Of a stretch of 64,000 nucleotides of DNA, positions 55,701 to 64,000 are shown one piece after another (positions within the stretch are counted from its first letter, which is position 1; each line of letters opens with the position of its first letter). Source of the DNA: Zygnema circumcarinatum SAG 698-1b (taxonomy: Eukaryota; Plantae; Zygnematophyceae); contig CM074805.1 in NCBI GenBank assembly GCA_037447605.1, positions 1,893,361 to 1,957,360 on the forward strand, written 5' to 3'. The notes under the pieces are model-generated. The model saw only the letters and a program-made list of their open reading frames with translations, was not told the origin of the DNA and ran no database searches. The translations under genes were made by a program, and so were the position numbers.

Positions 55701-57703
55701 GATGTTTCTGCGTTGTCTAGAATGTTTCTTACATTGGTCTGCCTCTCGCCCCCCTATTACTCTTAGGTCCAGCCCCCACCAGAATAATTGTCAATGAATG
55801 GAGGTGAATGGGCTGTTGTCAGCTTGTGGAGGGCAGTCACAGTGACGCGGTGCTGGCCCTTGCGTGGAACATGGAGGAGCGAAGAGTTTTAGCAAGCGGT
55901 AGTGCGGATCGCAGTGTGAAGCTGTGGGATATCACAACTAAGCGTTGCGAGCGCACTCTCACTCATCATTCAGACAAGGTGCACCATTCTGCCCCAACTG
56001 TAGGACGTGAATGCGCTCCCAATACAGGATGGGAACTTGCCTTGGTGGGCTGGTGAATGGGATAGGTTAGGTTGGCGCGTTTGTTTGATTAGCATTCATT
56101 CAGGGATGACTCCTCCTGTCCTTTGGCTTTTGGGGTGTGCTTTGCTGTGGAAGGGTGAACAAGCAGTGTCAATCACAAATTAACCATTGAAGAGTGACTT
56201 TCATTGCGCAGGTTCAGGCTGTTGCTTGGAAGCCTCAAGATTCAGCAATGCTGTTGTCAGGATCCTTCGACCAGACAGCTGCACTGGTGAGTTCTGCTTT
56301 CTATATGGAAGGCTTGTCCATGGGGAACTTTGAAATTCTTGGCCTTCAATTTACTGTGGAAATGGGAGAGCAGGAGAAATGAATAGACGTGGAGTTCACT
56401 TTTACTGTTAGAGGCAATAAAGCTGCACCGCCTGTTTTGCGCTATGCAATTTCTAGAAAGGAGAGGGCTGAGAGTTGGCTGTGTGTCCTATAGGGCAAAA
56501 GGGACATGGCTAAAGGAGGATGCTGAAGCTTATGGGAGAAGGGGCCAGGCAGATGTGCGCAGTCCAAGCAGTGCAGTTCTTCAGTGGAACTTGGGAGCTG
56601 ATGTGGAATGTCTGACATGGAATCCCCAAAGAACCTCTTCCTTTGTGGTAAGTTATGGAAAGGCTTGACATGGGGTTTTCTCACTTCTCAGATCGTCTAT
56701 TCTGACCTAACCCTAATCTTCGTTCCAGAACTTGATGCCGGCCGGTGCTGTCCGGCCAGCTCTTGCCAGCCTTTGGCCTGTCTGCCTAATCTCCATGTCT
56801 ACCTGCCACAAAAGGAGCATTTCTCGCTTTGGCTGGTGGAGGGAGACAGGTGAGCACCGAGGACGGATTGGTGCGCTGCTACGATGTGAGGACGACTGGT
56901 GGGGCCACGGAGAATGTGGCGCTGTACACCCTGCATGCGCATGACAAGGCAACATGCGCTGTGTCGTTCAACCATCTCGTGCCAAATGTAAGGCCTTTGG
57001 AGTAGAATGGATATGCTGATGCGAGAGGAAGTGGATCAGAAACGCACTAAATGTGATTCCTTTCATGGGTGAGGGTTGGAACAGCTTTTGGCCACGGCTT
57101 CGACAGATAAAATGGTAAGGAGTGGAGTGCTTCAAGGGTTGGACGGAATGCTGGGTCAGGCATAGGGTTTAGCAGTGCATGTGAGCAGAAGTGAAAGCTT
57201 GACAGGCAGTCCGTGGCTGCAGGTGAAGCTGTGGGACACTACTGATGACCGGCCAACTTGCATCACTTCCACTAACCCTAAAGTTGTAAGTTTCCTGTCT
57301 ACATCTGCATTCACTTTCCAGAGAAGGCGGTCGTAATGCATGTGTCGGTGTGGGCACTTCCATTCACACGTGTTCTGCCGAGTTGCCGCAGGGTGCAATC
57401 TTTTCTGTGAGCTTTTGCGCCGACTCGCCCTTCCTGCTGGCCATGGGCGGCTCCAAGGGGAATCTGGAGGTGCGTGCTTTTCGGTCGCCCTTTAGCCGGC
57501 GGATGTCTGCCACCTCCTCGGGCAACCGGAGGCAGCAGTTGCCTGTCACGTCACGTCCTTTGCACTTGCAACGATTGGAATGTGTTTAATATTTCTTTTA
57601 AGAAAAGCTTCTCCTCACAAGGAATTGGGAAATGCAGGTTTGGGATACCATGAAGGTTTCGGCTGTGAGTCAGCGATATGGATCAGCGGCAACAGCCTCC
57701 TAG
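52730..57703 (+). CDS. PWP1: Periodic tryptophan protein 1 (WD40 ribosome-biogenesis factor)
   Basis: MISALSWVPRGAAK, an acidic tract, DLVLVVARNEDDVSHLEV, YVHHDLMLPAFPLSISWL, GNFVAVGTMQPEIEIWDLD and SHSDAVLALAWN...LASGSADRSVKLWD; last exon VWDTMKV..TAG at 57703. Confidence 0.92.
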
Positions 57704-58271
57704 TCTCTTTGGTCAGGGGCCAGAGAGAGAGTGTGAGAGAGAGAGTGGGGGGGGGGGAGAGAGAGATCTGTCTGTGGTCTCTGCGCTCAGTCGAACCAGT
57801 TGGAGCTCGCTTATAATTGCGAGGAAGTTCAGAAGTAGACAAGTGCTGCTGGAAGGTTGGGCTTTGGTTGTCTGTTTGTCTCAAGGAATAAAGAAATAAG
57901 CAGGGCTCCCTTTGCCTCTTTACCTTTTCACCAGGTGTCCTTGAGTTTTCAATTTGGCAACCACACGTAAAGGAAAGGAAAAGGATGGATGTAATCAGCT
58001 AGAGAAATAGTCCTGAAGATTTGTACGACATATTCCAGCGCTTAGACCCCTAGACCCATACTGAAACAAAACCCTTAAATGACCCATCAGTCTACTTTGA
58101 AACGGGGGTTCTACCAGCCATAATACAAGCAAGCGCACCTCCCATGCATAAAACTAATAGAAGCGGAACACCTAGCCTGGTTGATGTTAAGATCAGAGCC
58201 TACCAAATAAGACGCAGTTGTCTGCCATCTGAGCACTTTTATACAATTTTTTTAGGAAACGCCCTATTACT

Positions 58272-60176
58272 TCAAAAGTCGCCCTTGGCCAAAACTGCGT
58301 ACTCTCCCCCCATGAGCTCGAGAGTCTCCCGCCACAGCGGCACTGTGAGCCTCACCGCGTGCTTAAGAATGAGGTCCTTCGAGCAGGAAGCGAGGAACCA
58401 GACACCGGCTCCAACCTCCTTCTCCAGCTGCCCTGGACCCCATCCTGCATTTAGGCACGAGCCACAGTGTTAGGGAGGATGCAGTGAACGCACACTTATG
58501 TTTAAAATGATGTTTACGCATCACCGACTTTTTGCAGGACCGAAAGCCACGCCTTCATCGTTCAGGCCTTACTTGTAGTCTAAGTAATGATCAAGAGTTC
58601 CCAAAATGTCCGACTCATGAAAGTCCACATTGTTAATTCAGCTGGCAAGAACAACTTAAGGACTGAGGTAATGTCCTGCTCTCCCCATTTCCCTGCAATA
58701 GTAATGCTAAGAAAACGTGAGGATGCGTGTGTGGACTCCATCAGAACCGAGTTCCCTAAGTAAGAGGCTTACCTGAATAGCGTGCAAACCAACGGTAATC
58801 CATAGGGGAACTCCGACCCTGGTTCATATGGTCCTTCAAAGCCGAATACCCGCCCACATAAACACCAGAAATAATCTCCTTGGCACCCTCGAGGTCCCCA
58901 TGGCCATGAATGACGTGTGTGCTTTCCTCACCGACGTCCCCGCCCATGTACAGCGGACAATCTGAAAATACCGGATTCAACTCCTCGAAGCCTGCAAGCT
59001 GTCCTAGTGTGAATTCCGTGGGTCTGGAAACACATCAGCTCTCGAAAAATAAGTTAAATGGCTACGGAGTAGAGCTTATTGAAGCCTACAGGCAACTTCT
59101 GGCATGAATGCAGATTCTCATGGCAGCTAAATGTCCAATCCCAAGTCCCTTAACTCTGTGACCCAGCTCGAAATGACGTGTGAGTTCCGAAAATCGTTCA
59201 CAGCAAAATCTTACAGTCAGTGGCCGGGAAGTAACCCGACGACACATCACTAATTAGCTCGATGACTAAAGAAAGATTCTAGACTCTAAAGCTTCAGAAC
59301 TCTTTCATCGTTCTTCAGTCGAATGAATAATGTAACCTCTGGAAAATAAACAATGGAAGTTCAGCCATCCAAAATCGTACCTGTTCAGTATCACGCCTGC
59401 AGTCCCCTCGTCCCTGCATGCCCCAGTTTTCCGCTGCAGTGAGACTCCAAAAAAGTCGGCAGTCACCGATGCTCCTGACTGGTATTCACTATGCCTCGTA
59501 GTTTAAGCACCTTCAGAAGATCATTTCATGCCGAGCTGAATGGAAGTTGACTATTCTCCTCCTAACAGCATATAGAACAACCAGGCGACAATCTTGCAAA
59601 CTGGTGCTCGACATACCCGTGTGCAAAAATGAAGATCACTGATTGATGGAAGTACTGCTGCCGCGCACCAAACGCTGAAGGATGCGCAATGAGAATGCAC
59701 CCTGTTTCTGGCGCAGCCAGCGGGTGAGCCCAGGATGTTCGGCTCCCAGCTCCTCCCTTCTGCCCTTGCACCAACCGGGCCCTAAACTCTCTCCAGTCTC
59801 CCGCAGCACCACCGCTTATAGTTCCCTCCTCTCCCTCACCCATCGAAGCTCTCACTATCAATATCTCTCTCCTCTTCAGCAGGCGCCCCGGGATCATATC
59901 TTCTCCACGCAGAGGGTGCGCAAAGCCGCTCCCATGGCTGCAAGCGCCACGAACGGTCATGATGAGACTGCTAAAATAATATTTTTAGGGTTGCAGAAAA
60001 GCCTGGCAAACATGGCTTCCAGATAGATTGGAATGTTACCGCTGCCTTGAGAAAACTGCGCAAGCTCTGCGGCTTCCAGCACACCGCCAGCGCCATCGAC
60101 AAGGAGATGCTCGCCGGGAACCACTGGACGGAGGAGTGAAGAGGGAGGGCTGCAACAGTGGGGCTTGTGCCGCCAT
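58272..60176 (-). CDS. DUF179 (YqgE/AlgH, UPF0301) family plastid protein
   Basis: Transit peptide MAAQAPLLQPSLF splices in phase to DWREFRARLV..WAHPLAAPETGCILIA, FHQSVIFIFAHG, GVILNRPT, LYMGGDVG and RYSGWGPGQLEKEV..W. Confidence 0.9.
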
Positions 60177-60216
60177 GGCTTTAAGGAGGCGGAGACGACA
60201 GAGCTCCTACTGTGTA

Positions 60217-60225
60217 TTAGGGTTT
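60217..60225. promoter_or_regulatory. Telo-box (TTAGGGTTT) between the divergent DUF179 and WDR4 genes
   Basis: Exact motif. Telo-boxes are known from promoters of plant translation and ribosome-biogenesis genes. Confidence 0.45.
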
Positions 60226-60611
60226 CAATGGCTCCCGGCGGAGTGTGGTGAGGGGGGAAGACACCTGGCATCCTCTCCAGAAAGGAGGGGGGCCGAGCAC
60301 GGGGGGGAGAGCCACGTGGCAGTCGGTGTATTCCACTTTCCAGCAGCTCCCGGAAATGGCGGCAGTTCAACGCCTTATTGTGGATCCACAAAGGTTGATC
60401 TTCGTGACTGTTCACTGCTGTTGATCTGGTCCGACCAGGATCAACTCATGTACAGTACCGTATGTACTGTGTGGGTGGAATTCGGACTGGACCCGAGCTT
60501 GGTGGATCCTAGTTTTAAGGGTTAAAGTTGCACAGGCAGCCATAGCCGCAGGCATCCACGGAGCTCCAGAAGGGCACTGGGAGGAGCGGTGGGGGGTTGA
60601 AGTCTGGTGCC

Positions 60612-63600
60612 ATGGCGGACGAAGAGGATGAGGGAGGAGTTGAAGAGGTTTCGTTTGGCGTTCAGGGAGCAGACGGAGGGGATAAAGGAGTTCCTGCTGA
60701 GACTCAGCACAGGCGCACACCCATGGCGCCTGCCCTAATCGCTCTCTCTCCCGATGGCTCCTCTGTCGTTCTGGCCATTGGTGCTGTACTCCGTGTGTTC
60801 AATTTGCAGTAAGTTACTTTCAAGTCTCCTTTGTCGGAATGGGCTGCTGAAGAACAGAACATGCTTGTGGGTAGCTTGGGTTGGCAGCACGGAAGCCATT
60901 TTGACATGGCTTTGGCGCATTCTACTGATACTTTTCTCAGGTCCAATGCAGCTGTTCTGCTGCGAGATGACACGACTCCGGCACGCCATGGCGATGCGAT
61001 TCGCGCAATGGCGTTTGACGGCCGAGGGATGCGCTTTGTTTCAGCCGGCGATGACAAGCTGGTGAAGTTGTGGACGCATGAATGGCAATGCCAACGCAGT
61101 TTGTGAGTTTACTACTATGCTGTCATGTTTCGAAATTTGGTGCTGTTTCCATGCCATGGTTAGTGAGCATGACACCTTCCTTCTGCTCGGTGAGTTTGTT
61201 GATCATGCATCTTTGGATGAGTGACTGCTTGAGTTTCTCAAGCCCCATTGTCACTATAGTCTTTTTCGACATCCATGCATATGCTCTGGCGTCAGTCTCA
61301 TGAGAGGAAATGAGTCGTCCAATTGCCAGTCACTTGGAAGTGCTCTACATCTTCAATGTACAAAAGACCATTCACATGACAGGAGGTCAATTTGAACGCA
61401 GGCATACTATTCTTGAGGTTATGTAGACCTCGATTTCCAGCAGATAGTGTAACCTTGAGCCGCCTTTAGGTCTCTGCTGCAGCTGACGGAGATCCATGTG
61501 TGTTTGTGCCATGTTTCTGGTGGTAGGCGTGTACCCAAAAAAGTGAGCGCAGCAGCATTTAGTTTCGACGGCATGTGGCTCACGTTTGCGGACAAATATG
61601 GCATAGTGTATGTTGTGGCAACGGAGAATGGAAAAAGCACTCCTGTGCAGCTGCTTGGGCATTGCTGCTCCATCATCACTGACCTGGTAATTCACCTTGA
61701 CGGAAGACTAAATTCTGAAAGCATTCCAATCATTGACGGAAGAATTCAAGTTTGGTGTAGTATTTCTCTGGTACTGCCTTGTTGCTCCTTTGATGTGGCA
61801 CTTTCCTTAACTAGAAGGAGCCAGTCTTTTTCAAATGGGCTTTCAACATTCCTGAGTCAAGTCACCCTGGGCAGCCTGCTAGAGATAAACTCCGGGGTTG
61901 TTCATCGCGCTGGTTTCTGTAGGCGCTGTCGGCGAACAGCAAGTACATCGCCAGTGCGGATCGTGACTTCAAAGTTCGAGTGAGCTGCCTGCCCCCTCCA
62001 TGAGCTACTCTGGTGAGCGCTGACTTTTATTCTCTATGAGACCATCACGTAGCATAAATACAAATGGCTATGATTTTATCTTGACATGTAAGATGAGGAC
62101 CCTAAAGTAGTGTTTGTTTAAAGCGCCACAACTTTGTATTGACGTTTGCAGGTGAGCGTGTTCCCGGAGAATCCCCTGTCAGGCGCTCATGAAATTGAGA
62201 GTTTTTGTTTGGGCCACACTCTGTATCTTTTTCAGAAACGGAACTATTGCCTACTTCATGACAAAGCACTTCCTATCTTGTCTCTCCCTTCCCAACATTG
62301 CCTTTCCCTTGTTCCTTCGCAGTTTCTATATTCTGCCTGTTTTCCTCATATTTACCTCCTCCCCCTTTTATGGCAGTGTACATGGAGCCAACTGAACTCT
62401 AAAATAAGTTGCTATTCACATGTTCATAAAATTCTGGAAAGTGTCAATAACTATAGTGATCATGATTTTCAGCTCTATAGGAACCGCAACAATTTCGACT
62501 GCTAATGTAAAGCTATGGCATGAGAAAGATGATCGAGCCCCACCTGCTAGCTACCTTGACAGATAACTGAACCGTCAGATTTGTGACATGTGTAGCGTTT
62601 ATCGGATTCAATGAGAGAGAACCTGAAGGACTGCTCCTTTCTGGTGGTGGTGATGGCACGGTAAGAGCTAGGACGCTTGCTGTCCTTTCTATAAGCAGTC
62701 ATGAGGATCAAGCTGAGGCGAGTGGAATGTTCCGCATTGTCGTGACAGGCTAATCTGTTGCAGAGGAGTATGCTTTCAAAGGAGTGATGGGTGCAAGGAT
62801 AGAATCCTTGTTTCAAAAGAGGGACATGGGAAGGACCTTTCTTTCTTAAAGAACAGGAAGACGTCCTGAATGCAAATGGCCAGTTTGGAGCGTCTGCAGG
62901 TGCGTCTTTGGGAGCCGACGACTGGCAGGGAACTGCAATGCGTGCCGGTGCAACCTGAGGTATTTTTGTTGCTAAGCCATGAGTTTGCGATGCTTGGGCA
63001 AAGAATGGGTGTGTCTGTGTTCCATCATAGTTTTGGTTTCTATTAGTTTCAACGTTGTCGAAATTCTCTGCAGCGTGTGTGGATTCTGTTGCTGTAGGCC
63101 TTTGCCAGTGAGGAAGGCACCTCCTGCAATGGGAGGGATAACTCTCGATGGTGCAGCGCAGCGCTGATGCTGCCTTCATATCTCTAACGTAGAGTGTGCT
63201 CGGTTCGAAGGGGGAGCATTTGCAGACGAAAAGTTTGTCGGGAGGTGCGGCGGCATTGGAGCAAGAAGCTGAGAACAAGCAGGCAGTGATGGCTTTGGCT
63301 GTGGGATTTGACAACCGCAGCATCGCTGTGTCAGTGGAGAGGTGAGGCTGCCACGCTTCTTCATAGCTGCTATATTCCAGTTGCTTCTTCTTGGGTGGGC
63401 TGTGGCAGGGTCTAACGCCATCGTCCTTGTGGTGTTGTTCATACGAGAAGAATGTGACGCAAATGCCGCCTGGTCGCTCTCATCAGGCGTTCAGAACTGA
63501 TTTCTCCTCCTGAACTTGATCAAATGCTTAAGGAACGGTTGGAATGCAGAGTCGCTGGAGTCTTTCTTCTCGCAGTGGACCTCAGTGCAAAGACTCTGCA

Positions 63601-64000
63601 ACTTCTGCAGGTGAAAAACTGATCGTGAGCACAGGAAAGGCGAGATAGACAAGCAGAAAGAGGAGTTGCTCGCTATACACACGATTATTACTCCGAGATG
63701 GTGAAGATGCTTTTGCCTGCAGAGAGTAGTGAGACTCACGATGCTGTCTTTCCTGTTGATTGCAGATGGTGCCTTTTGCGGAACGGTGGCCGCCAACCAG
63801 ACTGCAGTTTGACCCTCATGGGCGCCTATGGCTCGCAGCCGGGGCAGTGCAGGTTGTGGGGAGTGATGATGCTGTTGTGACTCCCCAGGCGTTGGCAGAA
63901 ACTGAGGTGCGGGCTCACGAAATTGCATCCAAAGCAGCAGTGCGCATAGCAGTGCTTATTCCAAAAGGAGAAGAAAGGACTCCGTCTGCAGGTGTAGCGC
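60612..64000 (+). CDS. WDR4: tRNA (guanine-N7)-methyltransferase non-catalytic subunit WDR4/TRM82; runs off the window end
   Basis: APALIALSPDG, HGDAIRAMAFD...FVSAGDDKLVKLW, KKVSAAAFS..LTFADKYGIVY, LLGHCCSIITDL, YIASADRDFKVRV, AHEIESFCLGHT and FVTCVAF..LLSGGGDGTV. Confidence 0.9.

Overview
Gene-dense, intron-rich eukaryotic window from a green plant lineage. Plastid transit peptides, telo-boxes and plant-type families point to a streptophyte alga or non-seed plant; the species cannot be determined. Most ORFs in the supplied track are exon fragments or low-complexity or shadow frames, so gene models were rebuilt by hand from splice sites. Thirteen recognisable or partly recognisable genes: fructokinase (3' part), NSUN2/TRM4, a plastid SRPBCC-like protein, an OZ1/VAR3-family RanBP2 zinc finger, GONST4/GFT1, an SLC25A38-like carrier, BORCS6, a DUF863/ELF3-motif protein, TVP38/TMEM64, TruB, HisC, PWP1, DUF179 and WDR4/TRM82 (5' part). 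There is also one orphan single-pass microprotein. Two nested transposon structures are present: a non-autonomous Mutator element (9-bp TSD, FAR1 fragment) inside a Ty1/copia LTR, and a MITE inside a hAT-like element. The best lead is at 38.0-41.6 kb. A promoter with three evening elements and five G-boxes drives an uncharacterised protein carrying a QQxxFxxQVxELHR helix (shared by ELF3 block II and DUF863 proteins), a ~25x Gln-Ala tract and an LxLxL EAR motif. This is a candidate evening-phased clock repressor or adaptor, and that role is inference only. No CRISPR array, rRNA or tRNA gene was seen.
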